Assembly (NCBI RefSeq): GCF_018350175.1
Contig: NC_058368.1
Location: forward strand, 16,060,001-16,124,000
Length of the DNA stretch: 64,000 nt
From: Felis catus
Lineage: Eukaryota
Direction of reading: 5' to 3'
Below are positions 40,077-51,940 of this stretch, piece by piece. The notes beneath the pieces were generated by a model. That model saw only the letters and a program-made list of their open reading frames with translations, searched no databases and was not told the origin of the DNA. Every line of letters begins with the position of its first letter. The stretch's first letter is position 1. Made by a program: the position numbers and the translations under genes.

Positions 40077-40925
40077 ACATTTTGGTCAATGTCCTATGTG
40101 AACTTGAGAAGAATGTGTTTTCTGCTGTTTTTCAATGAGTCTATATATGTAGTTACATCCAGCTGACTGATGGTGTTGTTGAGTTCAACTATGTCCTTAC
40201 TCATTTTCTGCCTGTTTAATCTGTTCATTTCTGATAGTGAGGTGTTGAAATGTCCAACTATTATAGTGGATTTATCTATTTCTCCTTGCAGTTTTATCAG
40301 GTTTTTTTGCCTCATGTTATTTGCTGCTCTGTTCTTAGGCTTATACATGTTAGGGACTGTTATGTTTTCTTGGAGAATTCACCCTTTTATCATTATATAG
40401 TGTCCTTCTTTATCCATAATAACATATCTTCTCTGAAGTCTGCTCTGTCCTTACCTTTTTATAGCATATTTCATCATGTCTAAACATGATAAACTACTGC
40501 CTGGAGTGACATTTACTAGGCTAATGAAAGTAGGGCACTTAACACAATAACAGGTGTGTTATAAACATGCAACAAACACTCACCATTATTATCAATAAAG
40601 TTCCTGTGATGATATGGGTACTTAAGAAGTGCTGTTACAATATATTTTAGGTCATAGAAACATTTTCACAAAATTCTTATCAATTCCTTAGATATTTATT
40701 GGGCTTTTTCTTTTAGTTATGCATCATTCTAAGTACTGAAGATATAGCAGTAAACAAAATAGGCAAACTCCTTGTCTGCGTGGAATATGCATTCCAGTGT
40801 GAAAACATAAAACATATAAAAATAAGTAAAAATATAATGCCATATAAAGATAAGTGCTATGACATAAAGCAAGACAGGGGTCTATTACAAGATAGTAATG
40901 AAGGCTGCTATTTTATTTAAAAAAA

Positions 40926-41130
40926 TTTTTTTAACGTTTATTTATTTTTGAGACAGAGACAGAGCATGAAGAGGGGAGGGGCAGAGAGAGAGGGAGACAC
41001 AGAATCTGAAACAGGCTCCAAGCTCTGAGCTGTCAACACAGAGCCCGACGCGGGGCTCGAACTCACAGACCATAAGTTCAAAGTCGAGCCAAAGTCGGAC
41101 GCTTAACCGACCAAGCCACCCAGGCGCCCC
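40926..41130 (-). mobile_element. CanSINE
   Basis: TSD tgaaggctgctatttta. Confidence 0.95.
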
Positions 41131-41803
41131 TGAAGGCTGCTATTTTAGATGGTCAGAGATGCCTCTAGGTAGGTAAATTATTAAGTCTGAGTAGAGACTA
41201 AATGAAAGGAAGAAATGAACCATCTGAGAGAAGTGAATATCAGAGGAAAAAACAGTTGTGAAGTCTTCAAACATCCTTGCTTTTTGAGACACAGCAAGAA
41301 GGTCAGTAGTAATGGAACAAAATAATGAGTGAGGAGAATAGTAAGGGGATGATATTGGAGAGGAAACTAGGGGCTAAGTTGGGTAAGGCTTTGGACTTAT
41401 TCTTGGTAAATTGGGAATTTATTGAGGGATTTTGATCAAGCAAGTGACCTGAATTGCCATATATTCTGGCCATTGTATGATACACATATTAAGGGTAAAA
41501 GCAGTAGCTATTGTAATAGCCCTGGTTCGTTATGATAGTGACCTAGGCAAAGAATACAGAATAGGAGTCACTGAGAAGTGTCAGATTCTATACACACTTT
41601 GAAGTTATAACTGTTGATTCTGAGATCTGAGAGAAGCCAAGGATGACTGCAATTTTTATGATTTGAGTAACAGAGTGAATGATGTCACATTTTCTCAGAT
41701 GAGGAACATAGGGGCAAATGAAACTTTTTGAGGAAAGTTTTGTCTTGATTAGTTAGTTTCAGAGAGCTATTTGAAATTCATTGACTAGTAAGTTAGATAC
41801 AAC

Positions 41804-41929
41804 TAGGGTGAGCACATAATTGATCATTTCAGCCATGACAGTTTTGAGAGTGAAAGAGACTACTAACTAGTTGGGTGCTAAGACAACAGATGTAAACTTG
41901 AGCTGTCCCAGGGTTATGTGGTCACCCTA
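41804..41929. mobile_element. MER94-like hAT-Blackjack MITE
   Basis: TIRs tagggtga(g/c)cacataa (15/16 match); internal tttgagagtgaaag. Confidence 0.8.
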
Positions 41930-43994
41930 GATATGAGAATCTAGAGTTTAATGGAAAGATTAAGCCTAAAGATGTAAGTGTGGAAGTCATCAAGTTATAG
42001 AGTGGTTAGCAATGGGACCAGATGAGATCACATTGGGAGTGAGTATATATAAAAATGAAAACAAGTCAGGAGACCAAGAACTGAACTCTGGCTACAAAGT
42101 TTAGGGATTGAGAATAAATTTATAAAAAAGAAATAAGGATGATTGTGAAAGAGATCTGAGACAGAGTACCACATTATATAGGATTAGCACATGGTGAAAT
42201 TAAATCTAGAATAAAAATCTGTCTTTTAAATTACTTATATTACTATAAGTAATTACTATAAGATAAACAAGAACAGTATATTTGGAGCAAGAAGTCTCAA
42301 GTTTGTTTTGTGTTTTACTTGATTTAAAATTTTTAATCAAAGTACATATTTGATTAAAAAAATACTACTATATGATTATATAAATGAGAATCCCCCTTCT
42401 CTACTACTTTGTATGACTTAAGCTTGCTCCAAAAGGCAATTATTTTCACCTTTTTCTCTGGCCATTCTATTTCTAAATATTGAGTGTGATGTGAATAATC
42501 ATAGTATCTATCTCTTAGAGATGTTGGAAATAGTAAACCATAAGAACTACATGTGTCAGTTGTTATTGTTACTTTTATCTTTAATTCACTGTTATGGAGG
42601 AAGAGGACTTGGTGTTGACATTTTCCCTACACATGTCTCTTCTCTCTATCCTTTCAATGTTTTATATTGTGTTTTGAAGTAAATCCATATTTAGTGTTAT
42701 GATTAGCACAACCCTAAATATACATATATAAGCCACATATTATATCATTATCACTCTTTTTTTCTGTATACCATTTTATTTTTTCTAAACGTAATAATTA
42801 CCTCAATTTTTGTTTGCTTTTGTTTGCTTTGTTTGCTCTTTCTCTCCAAATTGCAAACTCCTCTCAGTACAACCAAAGACAACAGGATTATTTACTCATC
42901 TGTTAATAAACAAATGTTTAAATTTTAGTGCAGTCAAATTTATAGTTTCTTCCTCCAATAGTACTTTGATGGTTTTCAAAAAGGCATCCTACCCTACCCC
43001 CACCCCCATATCATAAGGAAAATGTCCTATAGTTTTTATTAACATTTTAAAAATTTTGCTGCTTACTTTTATGTCTATAACTCATATAGAATTGACATTT
43101 TGGTTTCATAGTAGATAAAGATCAATTTCTCTTTTACACGAAAATGCAATTATACCAACATCATTCATTGCATAACACTGTTTCCCTACTGATTTACATG
43201 TAGGGAAATCATGTATGGCTGGTTGCCATAAATCAAACTTTCACATAGGTGTGTCTGTTTCTCAGCTCTCTAGACTCTAATCTGATAGAGTATACAAGAT
43301 AACACATCATTTTCATTTGTTTTCTTTGGTATATATCACACTTCCTCCCGCTACCTAATCAAGCCTTCTAGCTCTTGCTTCAAACTGGACTAATTGCACT
43401 TCAGGCCTTATATATCTTTACCATAAACCTTGGGATTATTTTTTCTCTCTTATGCCGGATTCCTTGTTTATAAGACCCATGTTTTGTTTTGTTGTGTGTT
43501 TTTTTCTCCTGTTTTCCTCCTTCCTTATGGTGATGCATATCCTACATTAGTTTTCTGAGAAGAGCTGTATAGAGAGGGTGCATTTCAGATCTTGTGTATC
43601 TGAAAATATTTTTATATCTATTTTCTCACTTGATTAATAATTTAGCTGAATATGTAATTCTAGGATGGATATTATTTTTCTTTCAAAATATATTTTTCTA
43701 GTTTCTACTATTACACTTAAGATTTCAAATGCCTTTTTGATTCCTGAACAGTTCAACTTGAAAACTCACTTCCTTCAATTTTCCACCACCCTATGCTGTC
43801 TCTATTTTCTTTTTCTGGAACATTAATTAGTTTATTTCTGAATATCCTTAATGGAATAGCTATTAAAAGAAATCTTCCCTCTCTGATTTTCTTTCTTTTT
43901 GTCTTTTGCTCTAGGTTCTGGGAGATTTCCTATACTACACTTTAAAAACTTACATTGAAATTTTACAATTATACTACCACATTTAAAATTTTTA

Positions 43995-44215
43995 GGGGCA
44001 CCTGGATGGCTTAGTTAAGTGTTCGACTTCGGTTCAGGTCATGATCTCACAATTCACAGGTTCAAGCCCCACGTCAGACCCTGTGCTGACAGCTCAGAGC
44101 CTGGATCCTGTTTCAGATTCTGTGTCTCCCTCTCTCTCTGCCCCTCCCTGCTCAGGCTCTGTCTCTCTCACTCTCTCAAAACTAAATAAAAACATTAAAA
44201 AAATGAAAAAAATTA
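43995..44215 (+). mobile_element. CanSINE within old L1 debris
   Basis: Canonical sequence. Confidence 0.92.
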
Positions 44216-45168
44216 AATAGTTCCTTCTTCTTATGTAAATATTTTTAAACATTTTTGTGGCATCTCATCCTTGTTTCATAAGTGCAATATCTTCTCTTAT
44301 CTGAGGATCTTAATTAACTTTTGAAAAAAAATTTTCTTCTGCTCTCACAGCATCTTTACTTCCTTATTTTGGTGAATCTTCTTCAAGTCGGATGTTGTCC
44401 TTAAATATTGAGTTGTGTAGGCTGTCCATTTATATTTAAGAATGAGACATTAAAAAGATTATTGGAAACTATGTGGACTGGTGCATCTACTGGTGAGTTT
44501 CATTGTAGGGCTGTCAGACGGATACCTAATTCTTTCATTGACGAACACCCAAATGTCTGTGTCTGTGATTCTTTTCCCTTGTGTTGGTCACTTTCTTTAG
44601 AATTTTCAATTTTCATGCCTTGAGAATATAAGGACACTCATGCTCCTACTATGTAGTATATTAACTTTTAATTAATCTCCCTGTTTTTGCTTTGGCATTT
44701 CTTCTTTGAATTTAGCTCTTTTGTCTTTAGCTCAGAGGGCAACAGAGAAATGCCTGGTTTTGCAGGGTTGTGAAAGGGGTTGGGAATCTATTCGATTTTA
44801 AACCCAGTTTTTCTGAGTTATGCTGAACCCACACACTCCAAAACACCTGGTGTTTGCAGGACTTGCTGCAACATAAATTATTATCATCCTTCCTTAGGTT
44901 TTCTCAGATTAGCTGCATTAGGCTCCCCCATTACTTCTTGGGGGAGTAATTAGCGCTCCCCCATTACTTCTCAGCTCTAATTTTGTTTCCTTTTTAAAAA
45001 TTTATTTTAAACTTCTTCCATAAGGTTTTGAACTCAAGGATGCATTTCATATTTTAGTTCTGTAGCCTAGTAATGTATCAGCCTGAAATTATTATGGCTT
45101 CTCTTTTCAGTAAACTGGAATATGATTGTGAACTATATAATTCCCTGCTACATCCAGTCACCTACTAT

Positions 45169-46119
45169 TGATGAAGGAGCATAAGGCAAGCTGAGGGCAA
45201 AGTACAGGCGAACAACAGCACCCCGCCCCCCACTTCTAAGTGGGGTAGATATGATATTCCTCAGACACTCTTGGCTGCCTAAGAACAAAGGAAAACAAAG
45301 GCTGCCAGAAAACAAATGGTTGACTGATAGAGATCACAGTAATGCAGGATAGGGGTCTCCTTCAGTTTATGGATAACTGAGTAAGCTACAAGAAAAAAGC
45401 AATCCTTTCCATAGCCTAATCTCCAAAAATACATAGATTCCATTTCCTGGAGCCCTAAAATCACCCTCATCAAGATGTAGGTGTGTTTAAGTGCTTGCCA
45501 TGGTGACGTGGGAAACAAAGGCAAATGAAAAATTAAATTCCCTTACTTCCTACAGCCCATCAACAAGTCTTTGAAAACAGGCAGAGTGACCTTTCTCTAG
45601 GAGCTCAGTTGCCTCGATGATGACACTTTGCTAGGGGCAAAAGGGAATCTTGGCTTAGCATTATCCTGCCCTGTCAGGATCTTGTTAGTCTCCTTAAACA
45701 CATAAAAATTCCTTTGCAAACCTCCTTTGTCTTTAACCCCCAAGTATATGTTGGCAATTATACTCTAAGCATATGGCCTCTGATATATATCTGAAGGGTC
45801 TCATGACTGAGACCCTGTTTATTACTAAACAGTAATAAAATGTCATTTTCCTAGCAACAGCTAGCCCCCCAAGTTCCTAGAAACCTTGCTTTCAAAATTC
45901 CCTAGTGACAAGAAAAAAAAAAGCCTTAGAGATTTACACTGTCCCTGACCCCCTCCCAACCTGAAGATATATAATCTTCAAAACCCAGTGCAGCTCTTTA
46001 TGCTCACAGGTCCTGTCCCCATGCTTTAATAAAATCACCTTTTTTGCACCAAAGACGTCTTCAAGAATTCTTTCTTGGCCGTTGGCTCCAAACCCCACCA
46101 TCACTTCAAAACCTCATCA
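45169..46119 (+). mobile_element. Solo LTR, ERV1 class (951 bp)
   Basis: TGATG..CATCA termini, 4-bp TSD ctat, TATA-like element ~45967 and AATAAA ~46028. Confidence 0.88.
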
Positions 46120-46634
46120 CTATTCAGAATTGCTACGAGTAATTTAGACACTATGAGAACTGAACATCCTCATGAACTTTGTATGTATTTTATGACTGAG
46201 AATGAGCTTAGTTTTCTTTGCATATTATGTCAATGTGTTTTTATAGGTAAAACACTTTTTAACTTTATTTAATTTTCATTGATAATAGAAAAAATGTTCT
46301 TGACACACATTTACCATCAAGGCAAAAACTTTTAACACTGTAAGGATTTGACTGCTTGGTAAATGGACTGAATATACCTTATTCTTAGGGGGATCTTAAC
46401 ATGGTTAAATAATAATAGCTTTTAAATAAAAAATAACTATGTATTTGGCTGTAGAAAATGTTACAAATGTGCTTTCAAGAATTAAAAAAAAAACCCTTAT
46501 TTGTTAGGTTTAACAAAATGTGCAGTTGAAAAACTACAGTTTTTACCAAGGGAAATGAATGGAATATGTTATGTATTAAATCATTCCAAAAGACTGCATA
46601 CTTGAGAACTTCAAAGATCAGTTTGGCACTCTAC

Positions 46635-46724
46635 CATGGTTGATTTAGGATGGAAGAATGTTTTCTCATTCTGGCATACTTGCTTTCATTATTCTTCTGT
46701 ATCTCTCCATATAAGTCTATCGAA
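46635..46724 (-). pseudogene. Fossil exon, first part of a C-type lectin-like domain
   Basis: Strong acceptor t12-aacttgctctttgcag|. Translation FDRLIWRDTEE**KQ resembles the CTLD pattern 'W.DAEE.C'; TAA TGA are each one substitution from TAC TGC. Confidence 0.5.
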
Positions 46725-47838
46725 CTGCAAAGAGCAAGTTAAAAAAAAAAAAGTAATCAGCGTAATAAAGCAACATAGACTTCCCAATTCATTTAGATTT
46801 GCTTCCACTGTTGTAGGATCAGATTTTACTGTTTGAAAACGTTCAAAGTTCAAGTTTGACCAGTTCAAAATACATTAACATTGTGTCAGTAGGTTTGCCT
46901 TTTTCGTATTCCTTTTGGCAAAGCTACTGATGATAGTAACTGTTTTAATTCTGAAATTCACATTTACTATAGATATTGGTAAATGAAATTAAATTCAACT
47001 CAACAGAATTCGATTTATTGATTAGTTGTATTCATGTTACAAACTCAACCTGCTCAAAGGATAAAAGACAGGAATAAAGGAAACTTTACTCTTTGAGTGG
47101 CAATGCCACACATTCAGTCTCTTGTGGTTCTTGTTGGAAGAGGGACCTTCCCATTTTTTATATATTTAGATCTGAGTGGGCGTTTATATTCCTTGTACCA
47201 ATCATAGACTTCAGTGCCCAGAAGCAAAATAGTTCCTGATAGGGACTATTTGCTGGCCATTTGCTGGCCTCTGGGAGTTTAGGTTTCTGGATTACCTCAG
47301 ATTATCAATATTCAATCTCTTGGTAGTCTTGACTGCTGAACACAATCCTAAATATAAACCAAGTAAAAATCCCACTAAGAAGTCAAAATTACATTCTCAA
47401 AGTACCAAATCTCACATTTTTATTCTAAGAGCTCTCATTCAGGGATTATATCAATGAACTTGCTTTAGACATGATCTTAGTATGTTTTGTTGTACAGTGT
47501 TTCAACTTCCTGATGGTTGATGAGATGAGAAGTGTGAAGTAGTAGAAAAACTTTTAGAGATTGAAGTGGTAAGTGATGGCTAATAGTTTGTTAGTGAAGG
47601 GAGAAAAAAATCATGTAAATTAGCAGAAAAATTATAAAAGTAAAGAAGTTTGGGGCGACAAAATGAAAGAGTAAGCATATCTGTATATCTAAACCGTTGT
47701 TGCATATCTTTTTAGAAAAACAGTGATAATTCATGCTTAAATGCGAAGTGATAATTATTGGGGCATTGCTGTGAGTTAGCTAGAGTCCATAGGGTCAAAA
47801 GAATACTGTCTTTTTTTTTTTTTTTTTTTTTTTTTTAC

Positions 47839-48065
47839 CTCTAGTTACTTCCGTTATTCGATACAAGAAATGCACACTAAACAAACTGGATGCTTGGTAT
47901 TTCCTGGCCATATCATATTCTTTTATGATTTCATGGGTTTGTTCTTTCTGAATACTTTGTTTAGAGCTGGTCCATTTGCTGAACTCCTGCACATCTCTTG
48001 GAGACCAGCGTAAACAATTTTCTTTGGCACACTGCATCCTCACTCTCCTCTGGCAGAATGTATAT
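47839..48065 (-). pseudogene. Fossil exon, CCP/sushi-like (227 nt)
   Basis: Acceptor ..ctttaattatag|A, donor GAG|gtaaaa. Phase-1 frame gives GCSVPKKIVYAG...NMIWPGNTKHPVCL with 4 stops and ends in phase 0. An alternative frame YTFCQRRVRMQC..RWSP is fully open. Confidence 0.5.
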
Positions 48066-49404
48066 CTATAATTAAAGTTCAGAACAAGCAAAAAAAAATA
48101 CACATTGATACACGTATATATGTGTTATGGTCAACTAATGAAACTGCATTTTTATAGGTCCATATAAAATCAAATATTAGCAATTTCATACAGTTTTTTT
48201 GCCTTTTGGCCATCCTGATTTTGGAATATAAGTGCCAAAGCTTCATAAATAAATGAACAAAATAGACCTGTATTTGCTAACTTGGATATATGTTTTACTA
48301 ATGCCTATATTATATAGGAATTTCATAATTGAAACAGGAAAGTGATCATCACTGTAGACACTACACCAGATGACATATACTCTAACTTGAAATGCCACCA
48401 CTTAGAAAGCAAACATTGTTTGAATACTTAAAAAGATCGAGGAAGGCATATCTTTAAATAGACTATGAGGAATAAAATATAGAAGTGAAAAATATACGCA
48501 TATAATCTTATTATAAATCAATAACTTCCATTAGATAATTTATGCTTCTCTTTCTTTTATTATGTTATAAATTCCCTGAGGGAAAATATTATTTTTTCAC
48601 TTTTGTAGGATCTTTCAATGAAAATAATGAACTTCCAAAGTTAGAAAATAGTGCTGAGATTGTCATTACAATGATTATGGCATTTATATTGGAGCAACTT
48701 ATTTAGGCAATATTTACCAAGAGATGTAAAGATTTTTTTAAAAAAAACTTCTCTCACCCGTAATTTCACTTCTTCTTCTAATAAAGTTACCTGATATATG
48801 GAGAAAATACAAATGCTTGAATATGTTTATACCACTGTTACTTAAAAACAGTAAAATACTGGAAGCAATATAAAAGTTCAGTGACACAGCAATATTTTAA
48901 TATATTATCTCTGTAATAATTTATCTCTTTATTAGTATGTCACACAGTGACAAAAATGATGGTTGTGAGTATTGTGGAATAGTAACAGAAAAATGATAAA
49001 GAAAAAAGATGAGGTATAAATTTTATGATACTTTAGATTAACACATGTGCATATTTTTAAAAGACCTGAAGAGCATATATAGATACAGTTTTTGTTGCTT
49101 TCTTTGGGTTTGAAGCAACTGCTTTTTACAAAATACGATGTGTATTTTGTAAAAAAAAAAAGTGTTTTAAATAATTTTTAGAATTAAAATATATATAATT
49201 AAGAAGACCCTAAAATTTCGGATCTAAATTCTGTGAATGTAAAACTAGTGAAATAATATGTGGTTTATTGCATTTCTATTAGAAGTTTCTCTCCCCCTCC
49301 CCGCCCCAGTCCTTGCAGTGATCTGTATAAATGAGCACTGTCTGTCTTCTTACTAGACTTTCTTTTTCTTCTTAGCGCTTACCATCTCTGACAATTATTA
49401 TTAT

Positions 49405-49840
49405 TTTAAAAACTGTAATTGTTAGAGCATTTTTAGGCTCACAGTGAAATTAAGAGGAAGTTACAAATTTCCTGTATAGTCCCTATCCCCATGTAAGCAT
49501 TTCTCCCATTATCAACATCCCCCATCTGAGTTGTACATTTGCAACAACTGATGAACGCACATCATGAACACTGACACATCATAATTGTCCAAAGTCCATA
49601 GTTTACATTAGTGTTTATTCTTGGTGTTGTAGATTCTATGGCTTTGGAAAAATAAATGTATAATGACATATATCCGTCATTATGGTATCACACAGAGTAT
49701 TTTCACTGCCCTAAAAATCCTGTGCTTCTACTAGTCATTCCTCTCCACAATTTCTCCCTGGAAATCACTGATCTTTTTACTGTCTGCATAGTTTTGCCTT
49801 TTCCAGAAGGTCATATAGTTGGAATCTTATGGTTTGTGGC
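49405..49840 (-). mobile_element. L1 3'UTR fragment (same type as at 35.5 kb)
   Basis: cccattatcaacatc..ccaaagtccata..tattttcactgccctaaaaatcct. Confidence 0.8.
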
Positions 49841-50605
49841 TCAGTTTCTTCGTGTACTTTTTATGAATAATAAGAATTTGTCACAATGTTAATCCTCATG
49901 AATTTCTTCCTGGAATAATCTTGTTTACTTTATCTCTTTTCCAGTGTCATTTGATGGACAAATATGGTTATAAAAAAGGAATATTTTAGCTTTTTTGTTT
50001 GAGAGTTCTTCAAATATAAAACAATTGCTCTCAATATACATTAACCAATATCCTCTCTTTATAAAATATTATTTGTAATTTTCCTTTTAGCATAATGAGA
50101 TAAAATGCATAGGTAATATAGCCAGCCTACTTATATAATTTAAAAGTTATCAATAAAATTCTCTGGGTTCAACTTTAATATAAAGAGAAACATAAAAATT
50201 CTAATTTATAATAAAATAACATGAATTTTAATTGAAAATATTTGGGCATAACTACACAGGAAGTGATAATGAAATATTGATATTTCTGATATTAAAATAG
50301 ATATATTTAGAATATATAAGATCACAGGTCCATCTGTATAGGAAGCACAACAAAGTGAAATAACAAAGATAAAAATACACACTAAATGAAAACTGTTACA
50401 ATAAGTATTACATACTTATTTGTATATGATAAGAAAAAAAGGGAAATGATCTTCAATGAATTATTGGTAGCATACCAAGACTCACTACAAACTATAGAAC
50501 TAACGTAAATAAGAAGGTATGATATTCTGAAACTAGGTTAAGCCTTATTTATTAAGGTAGTGTCAAAATCATTCTCTATGTTATGACACAGGAGAGAGTA
50601 GTAAC

Positions 50606-50768
50606 CCTCTTGATAACATTCCTTCCAACTTGAACTCCCACTCAAGAGGCATACATTTAGTCACTATGCTTAAAAGATTATGGAGGACATAGCCTTTGAT
50701 ACCCAAGTAGAAATAGAGGATATATTGGAAGGATAAGCAGCAACCATTAGAAGTTACATAGTGAACCT
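50606..50768 (-). pseudogene. Fossil exon, CCP/sushi-like
   Basis: Acceptor tttttatttttcatactgtcccag|AG. Translation ..SNG..LYFYLGIKGYVLHNLLSIVTKCMPLEW resembles the CCP pattern NG..C.xGY.L..C..W. The 3' boundary is uncertain. Confidence 0.4.
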
Positions 50769-50968
50769 CTGGGACAGTATGAAAAATAAAAACAATAAGC
50801 AACTCAATGTATATATTTCTAATTATTGTAAATTTTATAAACAAATACATAGGGTGGCTATAATGTCAAATATTTATAAGCCGTATTTGCTAATGAAATT
50901 CAAAAGACCCCTGTATTTCATGTGCTATGCCAATTTAATATTAAAATATTAAGAGATCTCAAGTCTAC

Positions 50969-51118
50969 TTTGATATGTATATGCAATTGTTTCATTGTTT
51001 GCATTAACTGCACCACTGCTTTGAAATCTTCAGTATCTAGATAATTCCAGTAGGGTGTGGTTGTGTGTACATGTGGGTCCCTGGGCAACACTTTCAGCAT
51101 TTTCAGTGTAAACATTTC
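50969..51118 (-). pseudogene. Fossil exon, N-terminal extracellular region (150 nt)
   Basis: Acceptor ttaattctttcag|G, weak donor AAA|gtagac. Phase-1 frame GNVYTENAESVAQGPTCTHNHTLLELSRY*RFQSSGAVNANNETIAYTYQ; the phase-0 frame is open. Domain not assigned. Confidence 0.4.
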
Positions 51119-51586
51119 CTGAAAGAATTAAGTTGAAATATGCATAAGTAATCAAGCATGTTGGCTCTTTGGTTAGAAATGTATGGCAACTTTCCCCATT
51201 TTGCGAAATATTCCATTTAACAACATGACTAATCCTCAATAAGGTCTTACGATTTGACTTTGATGGATAACATGAAGGACAAAAGTCCCCAAATGTGGGA
51301 TTCTTTTCATAAAAACCTTACCACAATCCCCAAAAAGAGTGGTGAAAATAGTTTTGTGTGTGTGTGTTGAAAGGCATGTATTTCTAAACTCTAAGGAAAA
51401 TATTCACAGATATTGTACTTCAGAGAACCCACTTGATATAGAAAAATTCAGTTTATAATTTTTCAGATAGCACACAACATGAGAAGATTTAGGAAAACCT
51501 AGTTTTTTCTGAACTGGGATGTAGCATTGCTAGACAAACACTTGTCTCCCTAGAACATGTTGCATGGAGGCAGGGTACACTGGCAA

Positions 51587-51654
51587 ATATATATATATAA
51601 TATATATATAATATATATATAATATATATATATATATATTATATATATATATAT
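51587..51654. repeat. (TA)n microsatellite
   Basis: Direct reading. Confidence 0.95.
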
Positions 51655-51757
51655 TAGAAGTGAGATGTGGGGAAGAATTATAACACAGAACAAAACATTG
51701 TATTCAAAGGCTAGAGGAAAGTTCTTGACTGGGAGGGCTCCTTTAACCACCCCCACA

Positions 51758-51940
51758 CATTTATTGAGATATAATTAACATATAGTATTGTATAAATTTA
51801 AGATGTATAAGGTGTTGATTTGATTTCATATACATATATTGCAAAATGATTGTTATCATAGCATTGACTAACACCTCCATAATGTCATATAATTGCCATT
51901 TCTTTCTTTTTATGGTGAGAACATTTAAGATCTACCCTAA
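51758..51940 (-). mobile_element. L1 3' end fragment
   Basis: tttattgagatataatt..ggtgagaacatttaagatctac. Confidence 0.8.

Larger units (their letters stand above)
35505..40470 (-). mobile_element. Older L1 (L1MB/MC-like), interrupted by an LTR and SINEs
   Basis: 3'UTR at 35.5-36.0 kb; ORF2 remnants through the endonuclease (LQGEIDKSTIIVGHFNTSLS). Confidence 0.9.
40690..42100. mobile_element. L2 remnant
   Basis: cattctaagtactgaagatatagcagtaaacaaaa.., gagggattttgatcaag.., aaggatgactgcaat are typical decayed L2 3' text. Confidence 0.6.
2784..51118 (-). pseudogene. Putative unprocessed multi-exon pseudogene of an adhesion-GPCR-like gene (CCP-like, C-type lectin-like, HRM, GAIN/GPS, 7TM, C-tail)
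   Basis: About 17 minus-strand segments with pyrimidine-rich AG acceptors and/or GT donors. Their translations give domain motifs in the correct N-to-C order, several junctions are phase-compatible, and there are many in-frame stops and frameshifts. Motifs were read by eye; no database search was run. Confidence 0.65.
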
